A stretch of 35,308 nt of DNA from Verrucomicrobiota bacterium (GTDB lineage Bacteria; Verrucomicrobiota; Verrucomicrobiia; Limisphaerales; JAHEOI01): contig JAHEOI010000383.1 in the NCBI GenBank assembly GCA_018610125.1, positions 1 through 35,308 of the forward strand, given 5' to 3'. Each line of letters begins with the position of its first letter. Position 1 is the stretch's first letter. The position numbers were made by a program, and so were the translations under genes. Under the pieces are notes generated by a model, which saw only the letters and a program-made list of their open reading frames with translations, searched no databases and had not been told where the DNA came from. Below, piece by piece: positions 16,800 to 26,491 of this stretch.

Positions 16800-17405
16800 T
16801 CAGGTCCGATCTTTCCGGGCGATGACAACCGCCTTCGGTTGAAACGGCCAAGCGGCATAGCAGACCCGCGACACCCTTAACCCGGATTGCACGGCTGCCT
16901 TGTTGACGTCGGAGATCGGGAGGCTGCGGCGACGGGACCCGCGGCGCCTGTTAAACGGTGTCTCAATCCAGGCGGTAAACACGACCCCGTTGCGACCGAC
17001 TCGCCCAAAGCTGCTCAACAGACGTGCTCGTCGGTCCCCGTCCTGCAAATGGTGAAACAAGCGGTGACAGATGACCCAGTCAAACTGGTTTTCCGCGAAT
17101 GGGAGATGAAACACGTCACCCTGGCATACCATCCCGGAGGGCGCATTGGCGTTGTGCACCCGAAGCATCGACTCCGAGCTATCCAACGAGACCACCGCCG
17201 GAAATTTCTCCGTTAAGATGGAATGGATTCGACCCGTCCCGCATGGGGCGTCCAAGACCCGCTCGGCGCTGACGCCATTTAAAGCCCGCCGAAGCGCCAA
17301 CAACTCCAACCCGTGGCTTAGCCATCGGTCCGGTCGCTTTGCTTTCGTATGCCGGTCATATCGAACTGCCTGCTCGAAACCGTCGTAACGTTCATCCTTA
17401 ACCAA
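16800..17405 (-). CDS. Class I SAM-dependent methyltransferase (WarA-like)
   Basis: VLDAPCGTGR, LDSSESML, GDVFHLPFAENQFD, CHRLFHH; abuts the kinase gene. Confidence 0.88.
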   Translation of the reverse strand: MVKDERYDGFEQAVRYDRHTKAKRPDRWLSHGLELLALRRALNGVSAERVLDAPCGTGRIHSILTEKFPAVVSLDSSESMLRVHNANAPSGMVCQGDVFHLPFAENQFDWVICHRLFHHLQDGDRRARLLSSFGRVGRNGVVFTAWIETPFNRRRGSRRRSLPISDVNKAAVQSGLRVSRVCYAAWPFQPKAVVIARKDRT

Positions 17406-17473
17406 TTATTCTGTCCCTTTCCAATCGATCCATTCCCCCCACCTTCAATTGGACCCCATTAATCACGGTCTGT

Positions 17474-17488
17474 TCAACGTTTGTGCCA
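17474..17488 (-). promoter_or_regulatory. Possible sigma54 -24/-12 promoter (imperfect)
   Basis: Minus strand TGGCACAAACGTTGA about 70 bp upstream of the methyltransferase; the -12 element is GA instead of GC. Confidence 0.35.
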
Positions 17489-17776
17489 TTGAACAAGCTC
17501 AACGATGCGGTCGAAAGCGCGTACGCGGCCCTGAATGTCAAACTGTTCAGGCAAAGTAGGGTCTGTTGTCGCTGACAACCGCCGTTTTGTCTCAAAAAGA
17601 CCCTTCGAGCAAGATCGGCAGCGACTCTTATCGCTTGACGCCTATGGCTTGTGTCATCAAGACTCGTCTTCATGCAACCTTGTCACGATCGCCAACGGCG
17701 TCTTGGGCCTGTTGAGCATGTCGAGGTTGAGGGCAATGGGAAACCGAATCGATAATTTTCCAGGGACCAAGCGATT

Positions 17777-20323
17777 ATGGACGAAATCACACGACGGCAA
17801 TTTATAAAGAATTCCGGGGTTCTTGCAGCCGGTGTGGCTGTGGGCAGTAGTTCCAACAGCCTTCTGGCAGAAACGGCTTCGGACGCCCCGAGCTTTGCGA
17901 GTGACTGGCAGCGACAGCCGGACCGCGTTTGGCTGGGGAGGGATTACTGGGCCAACCCACTGCGCGACTGGCGGCTCACAAAGGGCCGAATCGAACCTGT
18001 CAAGGCTGCCAGGGATCGCAATGTGCAGCTCCTGACACGACAGCTCGGTCAAAAGAAGGGGCGGCTGCAAATGAGCGTCACTGTAGGACGGGTCGGAGGC
18101 AAGCTCGCCTCGGGAAATGGAACAGCAGGGTTCTCCGTCGGTGTGCAAGGACCTCTTGAGGATTATCGCAGCGCCCTCATACGGGGACGTGGTCTTAGTG
18201 CCGGTTTGATATCCGACGGACGGTTGTTCATCGGGCAACAAACGTCGAAACGGCTAACGCTGGCAGGCTCAGTGACACTGCGCCTCGATGCCGAGCCATC
18301 CAAAAGCGGTTATCGACTGCGACTGACAGGCCACGACCCTGAAACCGGCAAAGTGCTCGGAGCCGTTGTCCACGATTCGGTGTCATCCGACACATTGGTC
18401 GGCAACCTTGCGTTGGTCTCGAACTTTGGCAAGCAATCGTTTCAGGGGTGGGGCCAAAAGGCGCCGCAAGGGACCGGCCGCTTTTGGTTTGCCGATTGGC
18501 AGGTAACCGGCGACAAGGTGGAAGCGCACGAAGAACGAGCGTTCGGCCCGATCCTGTTCAGTCAGTACACCCTTACGGGCGGTGTCATGAAGATGACCGC
18601 TCAGATGCCGCCGCTTGGCGAGCAGGACGAGAAAACAGTCCGACTCCAAGTAAAGCATGACGGGAAGTGGGCCACCATTGCGGAAGAGCAAATCGACCCG
18701 GATGCCCGTACAGCCACGTTCCGCGTTCCCGACTGGAGCTCCGAGGAGAGCACGCCCTACCGCTTGGCTTATGCAATCCGACACACCGACGGCACCGCTA
18801 AAGAGCACCAATGGACCGGGACAATCCGGCGCGAGCCGACTGAGAAGCGGGAGCTGGTGGTGGCGGACATCTCCTGCAACCATCACGACGCATTTCCGAA
18901 CTCGCAGTATGTCGCGAACATGGCCAAGGCCGACCCGGACGTGCTTACTTTTGTAGGCGACCAGTTTTACGAAGGGAGCGGCGGATATGGGATTGTGCGC
19001 GGGCCACTAAGCACGGCACTGCTCGATTACCTCCACCACTGGAATCTGCATGGGCTGACGTGGCGGGATCTGATGCGCGATCGACCGACCGTGACCATAC
19101 CGGACGATCACGATGTGTATCAAGGCAATGTGTGGGGTGAGTCCGGAGCGGCCAACGAGAAGGCGTTTCAGCGCGGCGGCTACCGCATGCAGCCCCGCTG
19201 GGTCAATACGGTGCATCGAACTCAAACCGCGCACCTGCCCGATCCTTACGACCCGACGCCCATCAAGCGGAACATCGGCGTCTACCACACTTCGATGACC
19301 TATGGTGGCGTCAGTTTTGCGATCCTTGCCGACCGAATGTTTAAAACCGGACCGGAAGGCGTTGTGCCGCCGACCGAGACGCGATCGGACTGGGTCACAA
19401 GCCCGGATTACGACGTGGAAAAGGCGGACGTGCCCGAGGCCGAATTGCTGGGCGAGCGCCAGTTGCGGTTTCTCCGCGAATGGGCCACGGATTGGCGCCA
19501 CGCGGAAATGAAGGCCGTTCTTTCCCAAACCATCTTCACCGCGATGGCGACCCACCACGGCGGACGAGACCATTACCTCGTGGCTGATTTCGACTCGAAC
19601 GCATGGCCTCAAACACCACGCAACAACGCTTTGCGCGAAATCCGCAAATGCTTTGCCGTGCACCTTGCCGGAGATCAGCACCTGCCGGCTGTGGTGCATT
19701 ACGGCATCGATGACCATCGCGATGCCGGAGTGGCGTTCGCAGGGCCTGCCGTCAACGTGGGCTACTTGCGGTGGTTTCACCCGAAATCACCGGGCAAGAA
19801 TCGCTCCTCGGATTCGCCACGGAACACCGGCGATTTCACCGACGGCTTTGGCCATCCGATGACCGTGCTTGCGGTCCATAACCCGGTGGACAATCCGGGC
19901 GGTCCGCCATTGGAGCGAATGCGGCGGAAGGCATCCGGGATCGGCTTGGCGCGTTTCGACAAATCGGCGCGCCGCGTTACGCTCGAATGCTGGCCTTACT
20001 TGGCGGACCCGACGAGGGATGAGCAATGCGAGGGCTGGCCGGTAGAGGTCGATATGCTCGACAACTATGGGCGGTCCCGTAACGCGATGTTGCCAACGCT
20101 CTCCATTCGAGGCGTCAAGCAGCCGGTCATTGACGTCCTAACGGAAGGGAACGAGCTGTTATACACGTTGCGGGCCCCGGGGGCCACCTATCAGCCGCCA
20201 GTATTCGAGGCAGGTCGGTACACCGTACGGGTGCGTGATCCGGAAAAAGGGATTGAACGGGAAATTTCCCCTCTCACGGCCAAAGCGCAACAATCGGAGC
20301 AAATCGAGGTGGACCTACGGTGA
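17777..20323 (+). CDS. Tat-exported PhoD-like (alkaline phosphatase D family) metallophosphoesterase
   Basis: TRRQFIK twin-arginine signal; ISCN, FVGDQFYE, IPDDHDVYQGNVWG, DFDSNAWP and LAGDQH metal-binding motifs. Confidence 0.88.
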   Translation: MDEITRRQFIKNSGVLAAGVAVGSSSNSLLAETASDAPSFASDWQRQPDRVWLGRDYWANPLRDWRLTKGRIEPVKAARDRNVQLLTRQLGQKKGRLQMSVTVGRVGGKLASGNGTAGFSVGVQGPLEDYRSALIRGRGLSAGLISDGRLFIGQQTSKRLTLAGSVTLRLDAEPSKSGYRLRLTGHDPETGKVLGAVVHDSVSSDTLVGNLALVSNFGKQSFQGWGQKAPQGTGRFWFADWQVTGDKVEAHEERAFGPILFSQYTLTGGVMKMTAQMPPLGEQDEKTVRLQVKHDGKWATIAEEQIDPDARTATFRVPDWSSEESTPYRLAYAIRHTDGTAKEHQWTGTIRREPTEKRELVVADISCNHHDAFPNSQYVANMAKADPDVLTFVGDQFYEGSGGYGIVRGPLSTALLDYLHHWNLHGLTWRDLMRDRPTVTIPDDHDVYQGNVWGESGAANEKAFQRGGYRMQPRWVNTVHRTQTAHLPDPYDPTPIKRNIGVYHTSMTYGGVSFAILADRMFKTGPEGVVPPTETRSDWVTSPDYDVEKADVPEAELLGERQLRFLREWATDWRHAEMKAVLSQTIFTAMATHHGGRDHYLVADFDSNAWPQTPRNNALREIRKCFAVHLAGDQHLPAVVHYGIDDHRDAGVAFAGPAVNVGYLRWFHPKSPGKNRSSDSPRNTGDFTDGFGHPMTVLAVHNPVDNPGGPPLERMRRKASGIGLARFDKSARRVTLECWPYLADPTRDEQCEGWPVEVDMLDNYGRSRNAMLPTLSIRGVKQPVIDVLTEGNELLYTLRAPGATYQPPVFEAGRYTVRVRDPEKGIEREISPLTAKAQQSEQIEVDLR

Positions 20324-20412
20324 CTTTATGACACGGTCTCTCGGGCTGCGATGCAACCAACCGGCTGACCGTGGCCCGGGAGCCGCTCTGGAAGCTATCT
20401 CACGCCGACTTT

Positions 20413-21117
20413 ATGAAGACGATTGGCATGCTCGGCGGAATGAGCCCGGAATCGACCCGGATTTACTATGAGCGTATCAACCGGAGGGTTCGCAAGGAGC
20501 TGGGTGACGATCACTCGGCGAAAATTATCCTATACAGCTTCGACTTTGCTCCTATCAAGCGCCTCGCCCATGATGGGGAGTGGGAGAAGCTCGCTACCGA
20601 ATTAATCAGGGCCGCCCAAAGTGTTGAGAAAGCCGGTGCCGATTTCCTGCTCCTTTGCACGAACACGGTGCACAAGGTAGCGGACGAAGTTCAGCAGGCG
20701 TTAAACCTGCCGATATTGCACATTGTCGATGTCACCGCCGCAGCCGCAAAGCATCATGGCTGCTCGTGTCTTGGGCTTTTGGGAACCAAGTTTACAATGG
20801 AAGGAGACTTCTATTCCGAGCGCCTTCGATCGAAGCACGGCATTGAGACGATTCTTCCCGGAGAGAGCGACCGGGAATGGCTGCATCACGTCATCTATGA
20901 CGAACTGTGCCGCGGTGAGATTTCTCCTGAATCCCAGCGGCAATGCTCCAAGATACTTGGAGAGCTCAAGCGCCGTGGAGCAGACGGACTGATTCTGGGC
21001 TGCACCGAGCTCTCGCTGCTGCGAGACGCTCTTGAGCTCCCACTCCCCATCTTTGACACGACCGAGCTTCACTCGGAGGCCGCGGCCGATTTCGCAATGG
21101 AGAGACCGCGTCGTTGA
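20413..21117 (+). CDS. Aspartate/glutamate racemase family protein (YgeA/RacX-like)
   Basis: MKTIGMLGGMSPEST, LLCTNTVH, GLLGTKFTME, ILGCTEL, FDTTELH. Confidence 0.93.
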   Translation: MKTIGMLGGMSPESTRIYYERINRRVRKELGDDHSAKIILYSFDFAPIKRLAHDGEWEKLATELIRAAQSVEKAGADFLLLCTNTVHKVADEVQQALNLPILHIVDVTAAAAKHHGCSCLGLLGTKFTMEGDFYSERLRSKHGIETILPGESDREWLHHVIYDELCRGEISPESQRQCSKILGELKRRGADGLILGCTELSLLRDALELPLPIFDTTELHSEAAADFAMERPRR

Positions 21118-21154
21118 AACAACCTTAAGACTGAGCTCACACTGAGAGGCTACC

Positions 21155-21266
21155 TTCCTACTTTCCTACCTTCCTACTTTCCTACTTTCCTACTTTCCTA
21201 CTTTCCTACCTTCCTACTTTCCTACCTTCCTACCTTCCTACTTTCCTACCTTCCTACCTTCCTACT
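21155..21266. repeat. 8-bp microsatellite (TTCCTACY) x14
   Basis: 14 consecutive units differ only at the last base (order T,C,T,T,T,T,C,T,C,C,T,C,C,T). The last unit contains the stop codon of the 813-aa gene. Confidence 0.97.
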
Positions 21267-23703
21267 TCTCGACGACGCGGATACGAATGAATTGAGAATC
21301 GAGCTCGTCGATCGCGTTCCTTAAGCCTGCTGTGACTTCCTCAACCCCATTAGCGGAGGAGCGATTAATTTCCTCGGTAATCTCCTGCTCTTCGACTTGT
21401 CGCCAATGGATAAGGTCATCCGAGACCTCAATCCGGTATTCCACATGGTCCATTGCCTCGACCGGGCGCTTGAAGCGTAAGCCGAAATGGAGGCCGTTAT
21501 CCTTGCGTTGCAGATCGGCGTGCGCTTGCCCGCGGTCCTTGGGATCGATCGGGCTTGAGCTCATGGCCCATTCAACGAAATCGGGCGCGCCATCCCCATC
21601 AGCGTCACCCGGCTGCTTCGGCATAGGAGCTTCTCCCGACGGGCCTTCGTCCCTCTTTAACCATTTCTCCAGCCATCGTCCGAAAGGGTGACCGCGATTT
21701 ATCAGGAACATGGACCGGTCCACGGGCGTACCATTAATTCTTAAAACGAAGATGTGGTTTCCGGGGCGCAAGCCATGGAACTGAAACGTTCGGCTAAACA
21801 CCGGCTTTGGCAGCGGCGGGCTGTCTGGATTCTCCTCAAGGGCCATCCTGTCCACGAACAGATCCAAGTAGATTTTCCGTCCTTTGCGTTTTGACTCACC
21901 CCAATGATTCAGGGTCACGTCCCGACCGGTCTCGCTAAAATCGGCAGATGCGTGGATCTCAACCGTCTGCTCACCGACATTGGCCTTCATCTCCGTCAAG
22001 ACGTCGCTCCAAACACCTTGGCCATCGTCGTTATCCTCGTCATCCGGCCCTTTCCCCGGGGGAAGCTCCCCTTCGTCAGGACCCAGCATGAAACGTGTCT
22101 TGGCAAATGCAACCCCGTTCATTTGAAAAACGACCTCATAAGGACCGGCGTCAACCATCGCCGATCCCGAGCCCCCTGAGCCCTCGAGGTTTGGGGTATC
22201 GTCAAATGGGCTCTCCAGCAGCAGATAGCGATGCGTCTGGACCGTCGGCTCATCCGGCTCGCGGATGAATTGCACCGGGTTCGCCTTGGCGTTCAAAAGA
22301 AATCGATTTCCATCCCGGGTCGGCTCTCCCCAATCAATGATGGAATGATAAGGAAAGTCGAAAAAGGTCGCTCGCACATTGGCGAAGACCGCCTTCTCGG
22401 TTTGCTCGATCTTAATGGAAGCTTTTGCTGGAAACGGACGCTCATCTTTGCCCTCCGGAAAACGGAAGGCTTTTTTGGCGTAAGGAAAGCCATTGATGCG
22501 GTAGACGATTTGGTATTCCCCGGGCTCGGGAACCTCCAGATTATAGTTGAGGTTATAAGTCTCCGACTCGCCGCGCTTTTCCGGGATATGAAATTCCCCT
22601 TTGACCTCGCCATTGATCACAAAGGTTTTTCCCTCCAGGCGTGGCTTCCCTTGATCGCTAATATGATAGAAAGGTTCGAGGAACCGGAGGTGCGCGCGCA
22701 AGGAAACCGGACTCTCCTGCAAATCGCCCAAGATCAATTTCACCTCGGCGGGCACAGGACGGCCCTTGCCAATTTTCAAACGCTTTGAAGCCAAGTCTGT
22801 CTCGTTATCACGCACGACGAACCGGTAGTCGCCTTCTGGCAAATCGGACAGCTCGTAACGATGCGAGATTGGAGTGACCACCGGATTGACAATCTGGCCT
22901 TCCTCCGGGCCCTTGAATTCCACGTCCACCCACACCCGCTTTCCATCGCGCTGAACCTGCCCCCAATCAGTGACCTGGTAGCCAGAATTGCGAAATACGA
23001 GGGTCACTTCCGCCACCGTTCCTTCAGACGTGGCATGGATTTGAATCCGAGTTTTTAGCGGCGCGTTTGGGGGAGCTTCCCCAGTTTCCCCGATTCGATT
23101 GTGAAATGCCCCCAACAATGCCGGAGGGAGGGATTTGTCATCGTCGCGTCGAACTTGCTCAGGCTGCAGCAATACCGCGTATCGTCCGACGTTGGCTTTG
23201 GTCCATCCTTCCTCCGGGACAGGAATAGAATAAATGGCCTTCCAACCGTTCCGCTCCCGGGGCAACCTCTCGGAAGTCTCACCCAAGCGAGGCGGTACCA
23301 TTGGGGCTCCATGAGGTCCGTTTGAATCAAGTCTGCGGCCGTCAGGTTCCGCGCTTTTCGGGTCGCGAAGAGGCCTCTTCATTCGCCTTTCCTCGACTGT
23401 TTCCAAATACCCGATTTGGTTGTAGCCGCGCCGACTGACAATCCAGATATCCCCATCACCCAGGGATTCACGATCCACATCGCCACCATAAAACACGGTC
23501 ACTGTGTGGTCTTGGCTGCTTTCCGAATGGATGTCGGAAGCTTCCATTCGCGGAACGGATAAATCGATCACCTCGATTGGAACAGGCCCAGGCTCGGGGG
23601 AAACCCGGGAAGGGGGCTGAGCCAGGGAAGGGGTAACCAACATCACTCCCAGAGCCAACAAGCCATAGGATCTAAGAAAGTAGGTCAGCAATTGCGTTTT
23701 CAT
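21262..23703 (-). CDS. Secreted protein with four ~100-aa beta-rich repeats and a verrucomicrobial-type C-terminal domain
   Basis: Signal peptide; repeats share F..(G/P)Y.(V/I).DWG...R.G and G.Y......NG; DADGDGAPDFVEWA Ca-binding-like motif; C-terminus YRIEVSDDLIHW...QFIRIRV. Confidence 0.8.
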   Translation of the reverse strand: MKTQLLTYFLRSYGLLALGVMLVTPSLAQPPSRVSPEPGPVPIEVIDLSVPRMEASDIHSESSQDHTVTVFYGGDVDRESLGDGDIWIVSRRGYNQIGYLETVEERRMKRPLRDPKSAEPDGRRLDSNGPHGAPMVPPRLGETSERLPRERNGWKAIYSIPVPEEGWTKANVGRYAVLLQPEQVRRDDDKSLPPALLGAFHNRIGETGEAPPNAPLKTRIQIHATSEGTVAEVTLVFRNSGYQVTDWGQVQRDGKRVWVDVEFKGPEEGQIVNPVVTPISHRYELSDLPEGDYRFVVRDNETDLASKRLKIGKGRPVPAEVKLILGDLQESPVSLRAHLRFLEPFYHISDQGKPRLEGKTFVINGEVKGEFHIPEKRGESETYNLNYNLEVPEPGEYQIVYRINGFPYAKKAFRFPEGKDERPFPAKASIKIEQTEKAVFANVRATFFDFPYHSIIDWGEPTRDGNRFLLNAKANPVQFIREPDEPTVQTHRYLLLESPFDDTPNLEGSGGSGSAMVDAGPYEVVFQMNGVAFAKTRFMLGPDEGELPPGKGPDDEDNDDGQGVWSDVLTEMKANVGEQTVEIHASADFSETGRDVTLNHWGESKRKGRKIYLDLFVDRMALEENPDSPPLPKPVFSRTFQFHGLRPGNHIFVLRINGTPVDRSMFLINRGHPFGRWLEKWLKRDEGPSGEAPMPKQPGDADGDGAPDFVEWAMSSSPIDPKDRGQAHADLQRKDNGLHFGLRFKRPVEAMDHVEYRIEVSDDLIHWRQVEEQEITEEINRSSANGVEEVTAGLRNAIDELDSQFIRIRVVEK

Positions 23704-23773
23704 AAGCAGCCATTAAGCCGTGTGCGTTCCCCAAGGGGATTTCCCTAAGCTTCCGCACATTACGGTTTGCAAA

Positions 23774-23788
23774 GCAATAAGTATGCCA
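23774..23788 (-). promoter_or_regulatory. Sigma54 -24/-12 promoter
   Basis: Minus strand TGGCATACTTATTGC (GG-N10-GC), about 70 bp upstream of the 813-aa gene start. Confidence 0.7.
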
Positions 23789-24038
23789 TTGGGCACACCT
23801 ATTCCTCTCCAGCGGACATCCCGGACGGCGCCGAGAATGCGTACTGGAGCAACTGGAAATGGATCGAGCGCCCTGGCTCGCAAGAACACAAGAGCGGGAA
23901 GCGCCTGCCACTTCCTCAGACTCACATTTTGGCGCGAATTTCAGTCGGTTTTAGGGTTTGCGCTTCGGGCCTGCGACGCACGCTAGCTTATCTTATGGAG
24001 TGCGCGTGACTTGTCACCGCCAAAATGTGAGGGCTGCC

Positions 24039-24896
24039 TTAAAACGGGTCGGTGAGCAGCTTCCGATGTGGTTGGTGATCATTGTTCCAGCGACGAAGCG
24101 CCTCAGGGGTTTTCTTGAAGAGCTCTTTTCGATGGATTGTCTCGGTGTGCCCGTCAGCGAAGACGATGTTGTACTGACCGTCGTGGCGCTTTTTGGTCGC
24201 TTCGATGATACCGCTGCTACCGGGCCAAAATGTCGATTGCACCCCGTTGCGTGAGTTAATATCGATCATTGCCATCCCGCTGTAGGTTTCCCCTTCTTCG
24301 GCGCCGTATAAGCCGTTCATGATCACCCCGTTGACCCAGATGAGATGGGCATCTCCCAGGGCAATCATGTCACTGGGAGCCTTGACCTCCGACTGCTTAA
24401 CATGGATTCCGTGCTTCGGGATGTTGGCAAGATCCGGACGGGGCGGCGTTTGAAACAATGTCTTGGAGTAGATCCCTCCCAGCCCGAGCCGGCTGCGAAG
24501 GAATTTCGTCCCGTTGGCGTTATAACCATAACTTCCCAAAGGGACCCCTTGCCTGTTTCCCGGGACCGTTGCCCCTTCATAATCGGGACACCGGTAGAGC
24601 CCGTTCGTCCAGTTGGCATCGGTGTAATCTTCGATGCGCGCCGGCCAGTATTGGAATGTCTCCTCGGAGTAAGGATCCCAGTTAAATACCGGATAATGAT
24701 GGTTATCGAGCGTGTAAGAGGTAAGACCGATCCCTACCTGACGGAGGTTGCTCTTGCACTTGGCTGTCTTGGCTGCTTGTTTGGCCTCACCCAACGCAGG
24801 AAGAAGCAGCGACGCCAAAATGGCAATAATGGCGATCACCACCAGCAGCTCGATAAGTGTGAATCCGGCGGTCTTCTCGTTTCGCTGCCTCCTCAT
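24039..24896 (-). CDS. Prepilin-type N-terminal cleavage/methylation protein with H-X9-DG motif (DUF1559-like)
   Basis: [51 protein letters not shown]. Confidence 0.93.
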   Translation of the reverse strand: MRRQRNEKTAGFTLIELLVVIAIIAILASLLLPALGEAKQAAKTAKCKSNLRQVGIGLTSYTLDNHHYPVFNWDPYSEETFQYWPARIEDYTDANWTNGLYRCPDYEGATVPGNRQGVPLGSYGYNANGTKFLRSRLGLGGIYSKTLFQTPPRPDLANIPKHGIHVKQSEVKAPSDMIALGDAHLIWVNGVIMNGLYGAEEGETYSGMAMIDINSRNGVQSTFWPGSSGIIEATKKRHDGQYNIVFADGHTETIHRKELFKKTPEALRRWNNDHQPHRKLLTDPF

Positions 24897-24926
24897 AACT
24901 CGATTCCAACGGCCCTGGAGACGACC

Positions 24927-26105
24927 TTATTTCTCTTCTTTCTCTTCAATCACGCGATAAAACCGCATTTTCTGACTTTTGTTGAGCGTGTCCACGCTAA
25001 ACGTGCCCGTGGTGGTATCCAATTCGGTCCATGAATCCGGATCAGAGAGATCGGAAGTGTATTCCACTCGGAACCCATTGACGCCGGAAACGTCATTCCA
25101 CTTCAGCAGAGCCTCGTTTTTGCTAATGCTGATGCCGAGCTCCAAAGGCTTCTGTGCCGGTCCCTGGTCATCATTCTCGGGATGGTTTGACGCGAACGTC
25201 CGTGTAAAAAAGGCCGCCGAAGTGAAATCGTCCGCCGGCGGGGTTCCTTCTTTAGGCCGTGAGGTAATCTGCGCTGCAATTCCCAAATCGTCCGCCACCC
25301 AATAATAATTTCGTACGAACCGGCGAGCAATCGTCTGGAGCCCGCTCCCTGTAAGGTCGGTCTGAAACTCAAGTTCCAGAAGCTCATTGACCCTCAAGCA
25401 TTTGGCAAACCCGATTTCGGGGAGATCGATCCGGCCGTACGCATCGACCTCGGCTTCCGTCTTACGGATAACGACCATACGGGTCGGGCCCAGAGTGAAT
25501 CCGTCTTCCCCTTCGTTATTGCCGGAGAAATTGATCGAATACTGCGTCGTATCACTCCACGTGTCCCCGAAGTTCATCGGATCGGGAAACTCGACAATTG
25601 GGGGATCGAATTTCGTCGCGGAGGGAGGGATTGTAATCAGGCCACCGGCATCAAGCTGCGCGAAGAACCCATGATTGATTCGCCCGGTGCCAGGTTGTTG
25701 AGTTATAAAGAGCCATTGGGGCGGGACCTTCGAAACATCCTCCGCGGTCCCGCTCTCCGCGGTAATATCAGTCATACGCTCAACAAGCTCCGCCTTGGGG
25801 AATGATTCGCTGTGCTCCACTTCCTCCGGCTTCACATAATCGAACCGAAAGGCGCGGTCCTTGGGGAAATTCCTATCGTCCGGGCCATCCTTCTTGAAGT
25901 CCCAAAGTTGAGGGCCACCGCGCTCCCCCAACAAGCCGGAAACGGATACCGTCCCCTCCGCCAAGTCAGGAAAACCGTTGTTGGCGTACACTTTGTAAAA
26001 CAGCCCCGCCTCGTCGTACATATCCGACGAGCTGATCGTAACCTGGGATTGAGCCAACTGGGGGATCACTCCCAAGGCCAATAAAATACATAGCGAAATC
26101 CTCAT
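24927..26105 (-). CDS. Secreted hypothetical protein with verrucomicrobial-type C-terminal domain
   Basis: Signal peptide MRISLCILLALGVIPQLAQSQ; GGPQLWDF and VDAYGRIDLP motifs; C-terminus LKW...RVEYTSDL...W...RFYRV. Confidence 0.8.
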   Translation of the reverse strand: MRISLCILLALGVIPQLAQSQVTISSSDMYDEAGLFYKVYANNGFPDLAEGTVSVSGLLGERGGPQLWDFKKDGPDDRNFPKDRAFRFDYVKPEEVEHSESFPKAELVERMTDITAESGTAEDVSKVPPQWLFITQQPGTGRINHGFFAQLDAGGLITIPPSATKFDPPIVEFPDPMNFGDTWSDTTQYSINFSGNNEGEDGFTLGPTRMVVIRKTEAEVDAYGRIDLPEIGFAKCLRVNELLELEFQTDLTGSGLQTIARRFVRNYYWVADDLGIAAQITSRPKEGTPPADDFTSAAFFTRTFASNHPENDDQGPAQKPLELGISISKNEALLKWNDVSGVNGFRVEYTSDLSDPDSWTELDTTTGTFSVDTLNKSQKMRFYRVIEEKEEK

Positions 26106-26238
26106 ACCCAACCTATTTCGAGTTCTGTTTGGCTTACGATATTCCAACGCCGTCGCGCTCGGCAATTCTGGGGCCTTCCCTATCGGTACCACACCTCGGT
26201 GGTAACGCAATCCCCAATGCCATCTCGCCCCCTATAAA

Positions 26239-26253
26239 GCATATTCCGTGCCG
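26239..26253 (-). promoter_or_regulatory. Sigma54 -24/-12 promoter
   Basis: Minus strand CGGCACGGAATATGC (GG-N10-GC), about 135 bp upstream of the ATG at 26105. Confidence 0.6.
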
Positions 26254-26275
26254 GCTTGGGGCTGAGGGAAGTGAG

Positions 26276-26299
26276 ACGCCGAGGACGGCGTCCCTATCA
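26276..26299. repeat. Second copy of the REP-like palindrome
   Basis: ACGCCGAGGACGGCGTCCCTATCA is identical to 796-819; both copies have GAAGTG just upstream. Confidence 0.75.
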
Positions 26300-26341
26300 G
26301 GGAAGATCCTCTGGTCGTGGCGCTCGGTAAGTTCGTCTTTG

Positions 26342-26368
26342 CTTCGTGCCCTTCGCGTACTTCGCGGA
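26342..26368. repeat. Imperfect 9-bp tandem (CTTCGYGNN) x3
   Basis: CTTCGTGCC CTTCGCGTA CTTCGCGGA. Confidence 0.55.
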
Positions 26369-26423
26369 TAACAATCTCCTTCTTTCTTATTTCCACATTT
26401 TCAATATTCCGCTCGAGTTTCCG

Positions 26424-26453
26424 TTGACGCGATTCGAAGGTCTTTTTTAAGAT
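26424..26453 (+). promoter_or_regulatory. Putative sigma70 promoter for acs
   Basis: TTGACG-N18-TAAGAT, ending 38 bp before the acs ATG. Confidence 0.45.
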
Positions 26454-26491
26454 CCGGTTCCAGTTTCCTAAGATGTAACTCGAGTCATGTT

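Noticed and set aside
17398-17807. Short ORFs in the methyltransferase/PhoD divergent gap
   Set aside because: No motifs or RBS; the region is better explained as promoter DNA.
21155-21266. Possible CRISPR array (also 14273-14330)
   Set aside because: Units are 8 or 13 bp with no spacers, and there are no cas genes.
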